A DNA stretch of 64,000 nucleotides. Source: Nitrosomonadales bacterium. Its GTDB lineage: Bacteria > Pseudomonadota > Gammaproteobacteria > Burkholderiales > Gallionellaceae. The DNA is taken from contig JACRAQ010000115.1 in assembly GCA_016213335.1 (NCBI GenBank), positions 1,338 to 65,337 on the forward strand. The letters are read 5' to 3'. The position numbers were made by a program, and so were the translations under genes. Shown here one piece after another: positions 22,103 to 32,588 of the stretch (position 1 is its first letter; each line of letters begins with the position of its first letter). Below the pieces are notes generated by a model. It ran no database searches. It was not told the DNA's origin and saw nothing but the letters and a program-made list of their open reading frames with translations.

Positions 22103-22224
22103 TAAAAACCCGGAGTTCGCCCAAATGCAAGGCGCGGAAAAAATTTTGCTGCGCCGCATATAAAAATATGCAAGCAAGAAATTTTTTCCGAAACACAGCA
22201 GTTGGGATGAAATCCGGGTTTTTA
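22103..22224. repeat. 122-nt concentric palindrome ending at the dprA start codon
   Basis: Three inverted-repeat pairs are nested here. Outer pair: TAAAAACCCGGAGTT (22103-22117) / AAATCCGGGTTTTTA (22210-22224), 14 of 15 positions. Middle pair: CGGAAAAAATTT (22135-22146) / AAATTTTTTCCG (22179-22190), perfect. Inner palindrome: GCATATAAAAATATGC (22156-22171). All three share a centre near 22163. Confidence 0.8.
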
Positions 22225-23291
22225 TGGACGCAGAGCTAGCGTCATGGCTTGCCCTGAGCCTTACACCCGGTTTGGGGAACGAGGGCTTGCGCCGCCTGCT
22301 GCAGGCCTTTGGCAGCCCTGCCCAAATCTATGCCACACCGGCGCATAACCTGAAACAAGTGGTTCAGCCCGCAGTGGCAGAAGCGATTGCGCGCGGCTGG
22401 GACGAAGCGGACGTGGCGCCGGTTGCCAGCTGGCTGGAAGACCCGCTGAACTCCATCATTACGCTGGCCGACCCAGACTACCCGCAAGCCCTGCTCAACA
22501 TTCCTGATCCGCCCCCGCTGCTGTACCTGAAAGGCCGCCGCGAATTGCTAAACCGGCCATCCCTTGCCATCGTTGGCAGCCGCAATGCCACCGCGCAGGG
22601 GGCGAGCAACGCGGAGGCGTTTGCGCGGGCGGCAAGCGCTGCGGGGCTGTGCATAGTCAGCGGCATGGCACACGGCATAGACGCCGCTGCCCACTGCGGC
22701 GGGCTGAACGAACAAGGTTCCAGCATCGGCGTGGTCGGCACCGGGCTGGACAAGATTTATCCCGCCGCCAACCGCGATCTGGCACACCAGCTCGCGCAGC
22801 ATGGTGCGCTGATCTCGGAATTCCCCTTGGGCACGCCGCCGCTGGCGGCAAATTTTCCGCGCCGCAACCGCATTATCAGCGGCCTGAGCCTGGGCTGCCT
22901 GGTGGTCGAGGCCTCGCTGCAGAGCGGCTCACTGATTACCGCCCGTATGGCGCTGGAGCAGGGGCGCGAAGTATTCGCCATCCCCGGCTCCATCCACTCC
23001 CCCCACTCCAAAGGCTGCCATCATTTGATCAAGCAGGGGGCAAAACTGGTGGAAACCGCACAGGACATCCTGGAGGAATTGGGTCATTTCGCCGCCAGTT
23101 CGCTCCGGCAAAATGCTGCCCGGGATGACCATCCGCTGCTCGAACACCTGGGTTTCGACCCGGTGGGGCTGGACTGCTTGAGCCAGCGTAGCGGCTTGAC
23201 GATTGAGTCGCTATCCGCCATCCTGTTGCAACTTGAGCTGGAAGGCTGCATTGCCACCTTGCCGGGCGGCCTTTACCAGCGCATAAGCTAA
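22224..23291 (+). CDS. dprA: DNA-processing protein A (DNA protecting protein for transformation)
   Basis: 355 aa with the DprA Rossmann-like core (LAIVGSR.AT..G, IVSGMAHGIDAAAH, GVVGTGLD.IYP..N). Confidence 0.9.
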   Translation: MDAELASWLALSLTPGLGNEGLRRLLQAFGSPAQIYATPAHNLKQVVQPAVAEAIARGWDEADVAPVASWLEDPLNSIITLADPDYPQALLNIPDPPPLLYLKGRRELLNRPSLAIVGSRNATAQGASNAEAFARAASAAGLCIVSGMAHGIDAAAHCGGLNEQGSSIGVVGTGLDKIYPAANRDLAHQLAQHGALISEFPLGTPPLAANFPRRNRIISGLSLGCLVVEASLQSGSLITARMALEQGREVFAIPGSIHSPHSKGCHHLIKQGAKLVETAQDILEELGHFAASSLRQNAARDDHPLLEHLGFDPVGLDCLSQRSGLTIESLSAILLQLELEGCIATLPGGLYQRIS

Positions 23292-23339
23292 CGAATCGCT
23301 GCGCTAGTTTTGGAATCAACCACGTTTTATCGGAGCAAC

Positions 23340-23795
23340 ATGTTTGATATTTTGATGTTTTTGTTTGAAAGCTATTTTAATGCTGGCAGCTATCCGAACT
23401 CCGACAAACTATCCCTCAAGCTGAGCGCCGCCGGATTTGAAAACGAGGAAATTCATCGCGCGCTGGATTGGCTTTCCGGCCTGAAACGGTTAACCCAGGG
23501 CGACTACCCTGATACAATCAACCACAGCGGAACACGGCTCTATTCCGAGCTCGAAGCCGCGCGCATCAGCCTGGAAGCGCGCCGGTTCCTGGTATTCTGG
23601 GAACAAAACAAGCTGATCACGCCGGTAGAGCGCGAGATGATTCTGGACCGCGCTGTCGCGCTTTCCCGCAACAACCTGCCACTGGATAAAGTCAAGCTCA
23701 TCGCGCTGATGGTATTGTGGAACCAGAACGAAGAACTGGACCCCCTGATCGTCGAGGAGTTATTCACCCCGGCTGAGGCCAGCCGTCTACATTAA
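23340..23795 (+). CDS. smg: Smg protein (DUF494)
   Basis: 151 aa starting MFDILMFLFESYF. Lies in the conserved dprA-smg-topA order. Confidence 0.85.
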   Translation: MFDILMFLFESYFNAGSYPNSDKLSLKLSAAGFENEEIHRALDWLSGLKRLTQGDYPDTINHSGTRLYSELEAARISLEARRFLVFWEQNKLITPVEREMILDRAVALSRNNLPLDKVKLIALMVLWNQNEELDPLIVEELFTPAEASRLH

Positions 23796-23816
23796 CCCCG
23801 AGCGGAAAAAATTTTC

Positions 23817-26372
23817 ATGGCACTTAATCTGCTGATCGTCGAGTCCCCGGCCAAGGCCGTCACCCTGAAAAAATACCTGGGCAAGGATTTTGAGGTGCTG
23901 GCATCCTACGGCCACGTGCGCGACCTTGTTCCCAAGTCGGGAGCGGTGGACACCGAAAACGGCTATGCCATGCAATACGAAACCATCGCGCGCAACAGCA
24001 AACACGTGGACGCTATCGCCAGGGCCGCCGCCAGCGCGGATCACATCTATCTGGCGCCCGACCCGGACCGCGAAGGAGAAGCCATCGCCTGGCACATCGC
24101 AGAACTGCTCAAGAGCAAGCGCGGCCTGAAGAAAAAAACCATGCAGCGCGTGGTCTTTTACGAGATCACCCAGTCGGCGGTGCGCGAGGCGGTCACGCAT
24201 CCGCGCGAAATTTCCATCCCCCTGGTCAACGCGCAGCAGGCGCGGCGGGCGCTGGACTATCTGGTGGGCTTCAACCTTTCGCCGCTGCTGTGGCGGAAAA
24301 TCCGGCCCGGCCTTTCTGCGGGCCGGGTGCAGAGCCCCGCCCTGCGCCTGATCGTCGAACGCGAACTCGAAATTGAAGCGTTCCGCTCGCAGGAATACTG
24401 GACCGTACATCTGGACAGCCAGAAAAACGGCGTACCTTTCAGCGCCAGACTGTTTCAGTACCAGGGAAAGAAGCTGGAACAACTGAGCATAGGCAACGAA
24501 GCGGAATATAAAAAAATTACCGGCAATCTCAATGCCGCCAAACTCCCGCCCAAGGTGGTGCGCGTGGAAAAAAAGGCCAAACAGCGCCACGCCGCTGCGC
24601 CTTTTACCACCTCGACCTTGCAGCAGGAAGCGGTGCGCAAGCTCGGCATGTCGGCCGATCGCACCATGCGCACCGCCCAGCAACTTTATGAGGGCAGGGA
24701 CATCGGCGGCCAGACCGTGGGCCTGATTACCTACATGCGCACCGACTCGGTCGCGCTGGCAAAAGAAGCGGTGCAGGAAATCCGTGACTACATCGCGGAA
24801 CAATTCTCCTCGGAATACCTGCCCAAATCCGCCCCCGTTTACAAGAGCAAAACCAAGAACGCGCAGGAGTCGCACGAAGCGATACGCCCCACCTCCATCG
24901 CGCGCACCCCGGAGAGCGTGCGCGAACATCTCACCGCAGATCAGGCGCGGCTTTACGAAATGATCTGGAAACGCACCCTGGCATGCCAGATGGCCCCGGC
25001 GCGCTTCGATACGGTCAGCCTGGATATCCGTCTCGGCGGCGACGACACGCTGTTTCGCGCCAGCGGCCAAACGCTGGTGTTTCCCGGCTTTATCGCCGTA
25101 TACCAGGAAAGCACCGATGACAGCGAAGAGGACGAAGGCGGCAAGCTGCCGCCGCTGGCCGAGGGAGAAATCATCCCGCTCGACAAGCTTTACGGGGAAC
25201 AGCACTTTACCCAGCCACCGCCGCGCTACTCCGAAGCCAGCCTGGTAAAAACCCTGGAAGAGCACGGCATCGGACGGCCTTCCACCTACGCCAGCATCAT
25301 CTCCACGCTGCAAGCGCGCGAGTATGCGGTGTTGGACAAGAAACGCTTCCACCCGACTGACGTGGGCCGCGTCGTGAACCGTTTTCTCACCGACCATTTC
25401 ACGCGCTATGTGGATTACGGCTTTACCGCGCAAATGGAAGACGAACTGGATGAAATTTCCGAAGGCAAGCGTGACTGGATTCCGGTGCTGGATGAGTTCT
25501 GGCGGCCCTTCGATGCGCTGGTAAAAGAAAAAAAGAACATCGAGCGCAAGGACGTCACCCAGGAGCTGCTCGACGAAGCCTGCCCCAAGTGCGGCAAGCC
25601 ATTGGCCAGCCGCCTCGGCAAGCGCGGCCGCTTCGTCGGTTGCACCGGCTATCCCGAGTGCGATTACACGCGCAACCTCACCGGTGAGGCCGACGCCGGC
25701 GAAGCGCGCAGGGAACTGGGCAGAGACCCGGTCAGCGGCCTGCCGGTGCTGCTATTGCGCGGGCCTTACGGCTATTATGTGCAGCTCGGCGAAGCGGAAG
25801 CGGGCAGCAAAAACAAGCCGAAGCGCATCTCCTGGCCAAAAGAGCTGCCACCGGAAAACGCGGATCTCGCCGCCGCCACCCAGTTGCTGCAACTGCCCAG
25901 AGAATTGGGGATGCACCCCGATACCGGCAAGAAAGTCATCGTCAACATCGGACGCTTTGGCCCTTACATCGGCCATGACGGAAAATTCAAGTCCATCCCC
26001 AAGGGTGACAGCGTTTTCACCATACAACTGGGGCGTGCGGTGGAACTGCTGGCTCAGGCGAAAACTTCCAACACCGTGCTGCGCGAGCTGGGCGTACATC
26101 CCGACGACAAAAAACCGGTGGAAGTCTGCAACGGCCGCTACGGCCCCTATGTACGCCACGGCAAGGTTAACGCCACCCTGCCCAAAGATGTCACGCCGGA
26201 AGAAGTCACACTGGAGGAAGGCCTGGAGTTGCTTGCCGCGCGCGCGGCAAGAGGACCGGCATCCAAAAAAATTGCTGCCAAGAAAGATACTGCCAAGAAA
26301 AAAACCGCCAGGAATCCCCCGGCAAAAAAAACAACTGCCAAAAAACCTGCGGCCAAAAAGCCCCGTTCCTGA
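23817..26372 (+). CDS. topA: DNA topoisomerase I
   Basis: 851 aa with TOPRIM N-terminus (LLIVESPAKA, DPDREGEAIAWH), C-terminal zinc ribbons (CPKCGKPL…CTGYPEC) and a Lys/Ala-rich tail. Confidence 0.95.
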   Translation: MALNLLIVESPAKAVTLKKYLGKDFEVLASYGHVRDLVPKSGAVDTENGYAMQYETIARNSKHVDAIARAAASADHIYLAPDPDREGEAIAWHIAELLKSKRGLKKKTMQRVVFYEITQSAVREAVTHPREISIPLVNAQQARRALDYLVGFNLSPLLWRKIRPGLSAGRVQSPALRLIVERELEIEAFRSQEYWTVHLDSQKNGVPFSARLFQYQGKKLEQLSIGNEAEYKKITGNLNAAKLPPKVVRVEKKAKQRHAAAPFTTSTLQQEAVRKLGMSADRTMRTAQQLYEGRDIGGQTVGLITYMRTDSVALAKEAVQEIRDYIAEQFSSEYLPKSAPVYKSKTKNAQESHEAIRPTSIARTPESVREHLTADQARLYEMIWKRTLACQMAPARFDTVSLDIRLGGDDTLFRASGQTLVFPGFIAVYQESTDDSEEDEGGKLPPLAEGEIIPLDKLYGEQHFTQPPPRYSEASLVKTLEEHGIGRPSTYASIISTLQAREYAVLDKKRFHPTDVGRVVNRFLTDHFTRYVDYGFTAQMEDELDEISEGKRDWIPVLDEFWRPFDALVKEKKNIERKDVTQELLDEACPKCGKPLASRLGKRGRFVGCTGYPECDYTRNLTGEADAGEARRELGRDPVSGLPVLLLRGPYGYYVQLGEAEAGSKNKPKRISWPKELPPENADLAAATQLLQLPRELGMHPDTGKKVIVNIGRFGPYIGHDGKFKSIPKGDSVFTIQLGRAVELLAQAKTSNTVLRELGVHPDDKKPVEVCNGRYGPYVRHGKVNATLPKDVTPEEVTLEEGLELLAARAARGPASKKIAAKKDTAKKKTARNPPAKKTTAKKPAAKKPRS

Positions 26373-26523
26373 CGCACTCGTGCCAGTTTGGCCGGGCTCC
26401 TGCATTCGTTGCTGCCTTCATCCGGCCAATGAGTGATTTGGGTTAAAATAGCAAAAAACAGCCCAGGCTCGGCCAACACCCCAGCCAACTTTACATTTAT
26501 CTCCAGCAACTTATAACTTACTC

Positions 26524-27180
26524 ATGATGCCCATTAAAAAATACTTCACCATCTCGCTGCTGCTGTTAGCCATGCTCTCCGGCTGCGACAAGCTGGTACC
26601 GGTATATGTCTTCGACCTGACACGCCTCGCTGCCGACGGCACCGAGTACAAAGGCAACAACAACTACCAGGAACAACCGTGGCCGTGCGTGCGCGACAAC
26701 AAGTCCGGCCTGATATGGGAAGTAAAAACATCTGCTCCCGGCCTCCATGCGGCTACCAATACCTACACCTGGTACAGCAGCGATAAAGCAACCAATGGCG
26801 GCTGGGAGGGGAAACTGGATGGCGGCGCTTGCACCGGCAGCAGGTGTGATACCGAAGCATTCGTCGCTGCGGTCAATGCGGAGCGCTTGTGCGGCTATAA
26901 CGATTGGCGCCTGCCCAACAGGGTAGACTTGAGCTCTATCGTAGACGTGACCGTGCGCATGCCCGGCCCCACGCTGGCCGTAGCATATTTCCCGAACACG
27001 CAAAGCGGCGTCGCCGGCTACTTCAGCGCCACACCTTTCCGCATGCACGAATCCGGCGCCTGGGCGTGGCGTTTCGACCAGGCCTTTGACTTCGTGGCGA
27101 TGAAAGACAAGCCTGCCTACGTCAAGCTGGTGCGCGGCACCGCCAAAACCACCGGGAACGAAAAGACATCGACGGATTGA
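26524..27180 (+). CDS. DUF1566 (Lcl C-terminal-like) lipoprotein
   Basis: 218 aa with lipobox LLAMLSGC. The DWRLPN..DL..I motif is typical of DUF1566. Confidence 0.6.
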   Translation: MMPIKKYFTISLLLLAMLSGCDKLVPVYVFDLTRLAADGTEYKGNNNYQEQPWPCVRDNKSGLIWEVKTSAPGLHAATNTYTWYSSDKATNGGWEGKLDGGACTGSRCDTEAFVAAVNAERLCGYNDWRLPNRVDLSSIVDVTVRMPGPTLAVAYFPNTQSGVAGYFSATPFRMHESGAWAWRFDQAFDFVAMKDKPAYVKLVRGTAKTTGNEKTSTD

Positions 27181-27311
27181 GCGCTTCCCGTAGCGCGGCT
27201 GCGGAACGCGCCTGACGCCCGGTGCCACACGGGATTCGGGTTAGCGCTGCCGCTCTCCATGCCGTAATGCCGCTTGAAAATGGCCGGCCAGATTCGGGAT
27301 GAGCTCATGCC

Positions 27312-28454
<1,143 letters not shown>

Positions 28455-28507
28455 TATTTGCCCGCCATGCCATAAACTATTGCACCCAACCCTCGAGGAG
28501 CTCAACC

Positions 28508-29410
28508 ATGGTGATCCGATCGGTTTGCGTTTTAGGCGGCACGGGATTCGTGGGGCGGCACCTTGCCTGCCTGCTGTGCGCGCAGGGAATAAAGGTGCGT
28601 GTGCCGACCCGTAGCGCCGACAAGGCCAAGCAGGTGCTGACCCCGTTGCCGGTGGAAATGCTGTCCGCCGACGTGCATGACGCCGCGCAGCTTGCCAGAC
28701 TCTTCACAGAGGTGGACGCGGTCATCAACCTGGTGGGCATCCTGCACGAGCAGGGCGGCCAGACATTCCGGCAGACGCATGTCGAACTGGCGGAAAAAGT
28801 AATCGAGGCGGCAAGGGTTACGGGTGTCAATCGGCTGCTGCACATGAGCGCGCTCAATGCCTCGCCGGATGGACCGAGTAACTACCTGCGCAGCAAGGCT
28901 GAGGCGGAAATGCTGGTACAGGCCAGCGGCCTGCCAGCCACGATTTTCCGGCCTTCGGTGATCTTCGGCGCAGAAGACAATTTCCTGAACATGTTCGCCA
29001 GGCTGGCGAAATGGGCGCCGGTGCTGCCACTGGCGTGCGCCGATGCGAAATTCCAGCCGGTGTGGGTGGAAGATGTAGCGCAGGCTTTCGTGCATGGACT
29101 GAACGATGCCTCCAGTATCGGCCAGCGTTATGACCTGTGCGGCCCGCAAGTGTACCGACTGCGCGAGCTGGTGGCGTTCGCCGCCGCATGCCGCGGCCAT
29201 CACCCGCTGATCGTGCCGCTGCCCAACGCCATTGCCTATGCCCAGGCCGGCGTGATGGAGCGGCTGCCGGTCAAGCTGATGACGCGCGACAACTTCAATT
29301 CCATGCAGCAGGACAACGTGTGCGGTTGCGCCTTCCCGTTCGGTATCGAACCCGCCCGCATGGAAGACATTGCGCCGAAATACCTGTCTCATCCGGAAAG
29401 CGGAGGCTGA
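28508..29410 (+). CDS. NAD(P)H-binding SDR / complex I NDUFA9-like protein
   Basis: 300 aa from ATG 28508 with the Rossmann motif VLGGTGFVGRHL. Confidence 0.7.
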   Translation: MVIRSVCVLGGTGFVGRHLACLLCAQGIKVRVPTRSADKAKQVLTPLPVEMLSADVHDAAQLARLFTEVDAVINLVGILHEQGGQTFRQTHVELAEKVIEAARVTGVNRLLHMSALNASPDGPSNYLRSKAEAEMLVQASGLPATIFRPSVIFGAEDNFLNMFARLAKWAPVLPLACADAKFQPVWVEDVAQAFVHGLNDASSIGQRYDLCGPQVYRLRELVAFAAACRGHHPLIVPLPNAIAYAQAGVMERLPVKLMTRDNFNSMQQDNVCGCAFPFGIEPARMEDIAPKYLSHPESGG

Positions 29411-29411
29411 A

Positions 29412-29948
29412 ATGGCCAAGAAATCCTTTCCCTTATCCAGGGTCTATGGCCTGCTCGAGCCAGGCCCGGTGGTCATGCTGACTACCTCCCGCAAAGGAAC
29501 GCCAAACATCATGACCCTGTCCTGGCACACTATGATGGAATTTGAGCCGCCGCTCATCGGTTGCGTGATCAGCGGCCGCAACCACAGCTTCGACACGCTG
29601 CTGGCGACGAAGGAATGCGCGCTCAATATCCCTGCGGCGGAACTGGCTGAAAAAGTGGCGGCAATTGGCAACTGCTCGGGACGGAAAGTGGACAAGTTCG
29701 CGGCCTTCCATCTGACGCCGGTTGCCGCAACCCGCATCGAGGCGCCGCTCATCGCCGAGTGCTACGCGAATCTGGAATGCAGGGTCGCCGATACCCGGCT
29801 GGTGAACAAGTACAACTTCTTCATCCTCGAAGTGCTCAAGGCGTGGATAGACCCCGCCGTGAAAAATCCGCGCACGCTGCACCATCGCGGGAAAGGCGTA
29901 TTCGCGGTGGACAGCAAGCTTATCAAGCTGCCCTCCAGAATGAAATAG
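29412..29948 (+). CDS. flavin reductase-like FMN-binding protein
   Basis: 178 aa from ATG 29412. Resembles the flavin reductase family (PVVMLTT…NIMTLSWHT…, GN.SG…DKF). Confidence 0.65.
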   Translation: MAKKSFPLSRVYGLLEPGPVVMLTTSRKGTPNIMTLSWHTMMEFEPPLIGCVISGRNHSFDTLLATKECALNIPAAELAEKVAAIGNCSGRKVDKFAAFHLTPVAATRIEAPLIAECYANLECRVADTRLVNKYNFFILEVLKAWIDPAVKNPRTLHHRGKGVFAVDSKLIKLPSRMK

Positions 29949-29981
29949 CCGCTGCAGCTGACGTGCTGCAACAGCGGCATT

Positions 29982-30107
29982 ATTCCATTTCTAATTCGAA
30001 AGTGAGACAAGGCGGCGACAAGCGAGCGACGAAGATAGTACAAAGTAGTACAGCGAGGAGCGAGCGCGGAAGCCAACACCGTATCACTGATGAATTAGAA
30101 TTGGAAT
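29982..30107. repeat. 126-bp MITE-like hairpin element D
   Basis: Left arm ATTCCATTTCTAATTCGAAAGTGAGA (29982-30007) pairs with right arm TATCACTGATGAATTAGAATTGGAAT (30082-30107) at 21 of 26 positions as inverted repeats. The right end abuts the stop of the HDOD gene. A separate stem (ccgctgcagc…gctgcaacagcgg, 29949-29977) precedes the element. Confidence 0.65.
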
Positions 30108-31141
30108 TATCCGGCAAGAAACTCCTGCTCCCTGTACCCCTTCAATTCCTGGTAACAACAAACGGCATTCCCTGAAAGCCCTTCCCAGATTTCCGGCCTG
30201 TCTTCCGCGAGATGGCCGCTATTTACCAGCATGCGCACCTTGCTCAAATAATCGCCCAGCAACAATACCCTCCCGGCAGCCGACAAGCTTTGCGTTTCAA
30301 AGGCTGCATCCTGTTCTTCAACTGCCTGTATCACCGCCTCCGGAAAGCGCCATTCCCTGCCGATATTGCATGTCAGTACCCGCGCGTGGCGCAGCAAGGA
30401 ATCGAAGAAGCTGGCGGAGCACAAGGTTTCGCTGCCCGCCGCAACCTTGTCGGCGACACTCAGGGAAGCGACCAGGCCGATATTCTGGATCAGGCCGGCA
30501 AGGAAAGCTTCGAACGGATCTTCATCGTAATCCGGAGCCAGCACGCGGCTGGCGATGGCGCACTGCTCGGATTGGCTCCATATCCTCGGTGCGGCCAGCC
30601 TGGTATAGCGGCCGGAGTCCAGATTGATGATCGGGCGGAACACCATGCCGGAAATCAGTTGCCTCAGGCCTTCCTGCCCGATAATCAACACTGCGTGCTC
30701 GATGCTGGTGATGGTTTGGCCCGGATTATGGAGGGAGCTGTTGGCCATGCGCAGCACTGCCTGGACCAGCACCACATCGTGCGAAATTTTCCGCGCCAGG
30801 TCGGCTCCGGAAAAATTCCCCGAACGCAGGCTGTGCAGCAATTGCGGCAACACGCCCGGCATCCGCTTCACCATGTCTGCGGTCGGCTGCCTGGATTTTA
30901 CGAGCTGGCCCAGCGCTTCCAGGATTTTCTTTTCGAGCGGGTGCACCCTGAGGCTAAAGCCATCGCGGGCTTCAAATGCCCAATTATAAAAGCTGGCATT
31001 AACGACGCCGCGCTGCTCCCATGATACTTCACCCCCCTCTTCCGGCGGCAGCCCGGCTGCCGCCTCGTCGCCCGCCAACGCGCCCTTGGCCGGCGGTTCA
31101 CTGCGGGCGGGCTGAAAAAAGCGCTGTAACCAGCCATACAT
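30107..31141 (-). CDS. HDOD domain-containing signalling protein
   Basis: 344 aa with an HDOD-like helical core (LPQLLHSL…VLRMANSSLHNPGQTITSIEHAVLIIGQEGLRQL). Confidence 0.7.
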   Translation of the reverse strand: MYGWLQRFFQPARSEPPAKGALAGDEAAAGLPPEEGGEVSWEQRGVVNASFYNWAFEARDGFSLRVHPLEKKILEALGQLVKSRQPTADMVKRMPGVLPQLLHSLRSGNFSGADLARKISHDVVLVQAVLRMANSSLHNPGQTITSIEHAVLIIGQEGLRQLISGMVFRPIINLDSGRYTRLAAPRIWSQSEQCAIASRVLAPDYDEDPFEAFLAGLIQNIGLVASLSVADKVAAGSETLCSASFFDSLLRHARVLTCNIGREWRFPEAVIQAVEEQDAAFETQSLSAAGRVLLLGDYLSKVRMLVNSGHLAEDRPEIWEGLSGNAVCCYQELKGYREQEFLAG

Positions 31142-31285
31142 GATGCGGCCTCACCATAATGCCTACATTAAGCATCGGGGCAGCCGCAGCTTCTCGCGGC
31201 ATTTGCGCCCCACCTTAAAGCTGCGGTGCAGTATTGCAGATTACCTGGCTTGTTAACCCGGGCCTGGAAATATATTCGCCCCTCG

Positions 31286-32401
31286 TTATTGCCGCGCTTG
31301 TCCCGATGCGGCTCCGGAAGCGATGCGGATTTTGTAATTCAGCACGGTCAGCAGCAGCAGCAGCAGCGCAGCGCAGCCATTGTGCGCCACCGCCAGCAAC
31401 AGCGGCAAGCTCAGGAAAACGGTAGCCGCACCGAGCGCGAATTGCGCAGCAACCATGATCAGCAGCCAGCGGGCAGTCTTGCGCAAACCGTCGAACTTCA
31501 GCGCCCCGAACGCCACCCACGCGACGAGCGCGACCACCGCCAGGGCGAAAAGGCGGTGTGCCCAATGGATTGCGGTCAAGGCGGGGAAAGGCAGAAATTC
31601 CCCCGTGGAAGTCTTGCCCAGATCGCGCCACAGCGTGAAGCCGTTGACGAAATCCATGTGCGGGAAAAACGCGCCCTGGCACAGCGGGAAATCGGTGCAC
31701 GCCAGCGCCGCATAGTTGCTGCTGACCCAGCCGCCGAGCGCGATTTGCGCCACCAGCAGCACTGCCGCCAATATAGCGGGCAAGCGCAGCGCGGCCGCCG
31801 CTTGCGGCACTGGCGGATGATCGCTCTGGCGCGCGCCGAGCCAGGCCAGCAGCGCCAGCAGAAACATGCCCAGCAGAAGGTGTATGGTCACGATGACCGG
31901 CTGCAGTTTCATCGTGACGGTCCACGCGCCAAAAGCGCCTTGCAGGCAGACAAACCCGAACAGCAGCGTCGAAAACGCCGGTGAAAATCTTGCGTCCCTG
32001 CCGCCCGTTTTCCAGCGCCTGCGCCAGGCGATCACCATCAGCGCGATGATCAGCACGCCGATGCACATGGCGAGGTAGCGGTGCAGCATTTCGATCCAGG
32101 CTTTCACCACCGTTACCGGGCCGGTCGGCAGCGCGGCTTCGGCGGCGCTGATATCCGCGTGCGCCTGCACCGGGTTGGATTGCCCGTAGCAGCCCGGCCA
32201 ATCCGGGCAGCCGAGGCCGGAATCGGTCAGCCGCGTGAATGCGCCGAACATGATCAGATCGAAAGTGAGAAACAGCGTGACCCAAACCAGTTTGCGGTAT
32301 TTGTCTGGATCGCTGGACACCCAGACGACGGTAAGCGGCAACAGCGCCACCAGCAGTCCGATGGCGGCAAGCTGGGTCAGCATGATAAGCACCTCCGGCA
32401 A
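31286..32401 (-). CDS. ctaA: heme A synthase (COX15/CtaA family)
   Basis: 371 aa, multi-pass membrane protein with FTRLTDSGLGCPDWPGCYG and conserved His residues in the TM helices. Confidence 0.82.
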   Translation of the reverse strand: MPEVLIMLTQLAAIGLLVALLPLTVVWVSSDPDKYRKLVWVTLFLTFDLIMFGAFTRLTDSGLGCPDWPGCYGQSNPVQAHADISAAEAALPTGPVTVVKAWIEMLHRYLAMCIGVLIIALMVIAWRRRWKTGGRDARFSPAFSTLLFGFVCLQGAFGAWTVTMKLQPVIVTIHLLLGMFLLALLAWLGARQSDHPPVPQAAAALRLPAILAAVLLVAQIALGGWVSSNYAALACTDFPLCQGAFFPHMDFVNGFTLWRDLGKTSTGEFLPFPALTAIHWAHRLFALAVVALVAWVAFGALKFDGLRKTARWLLIMVAAQFALGAATVFLSLPLLLAVAHNGCAALLLLLLTVLNYKIRIASGAASGQARQ

Positions 32402-32588
32402 TCCGGCTGCTCGAGTGAGGGATACGGCGTGAACTTCAGGTAACAGGCAGCAGCGTTTTCAACAACCATTCGTTATTCTCTCAAATAAACCGTTCGGCTC
32501 CAGCTCGCGCAACATCGTGTTTCGCCTGCCTTTGCGCCCCGTGCAGGGCGCGCCATGTTACCATTTTCCGCCAGACCTGAGCTCCGGA

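Noticed and set aside
23787-25433. 548-aa minus-strand ORF antisense to topA
   Set aside because: The same reasoning applies: topA on the plus strand has unambiguous TOPRIM and zinc-ribbon motifs. The antisense product is Arg/Gly/Ala-rich with no domain signature.
31215-32285. 356-aa alternative-frame ORF within the heme A synthase gene
   Set aside because: The 31286-32401 frame gives a coherent multi-TM COX15-like protein. The alternative frame is Arg/Ala/Gly-rich.
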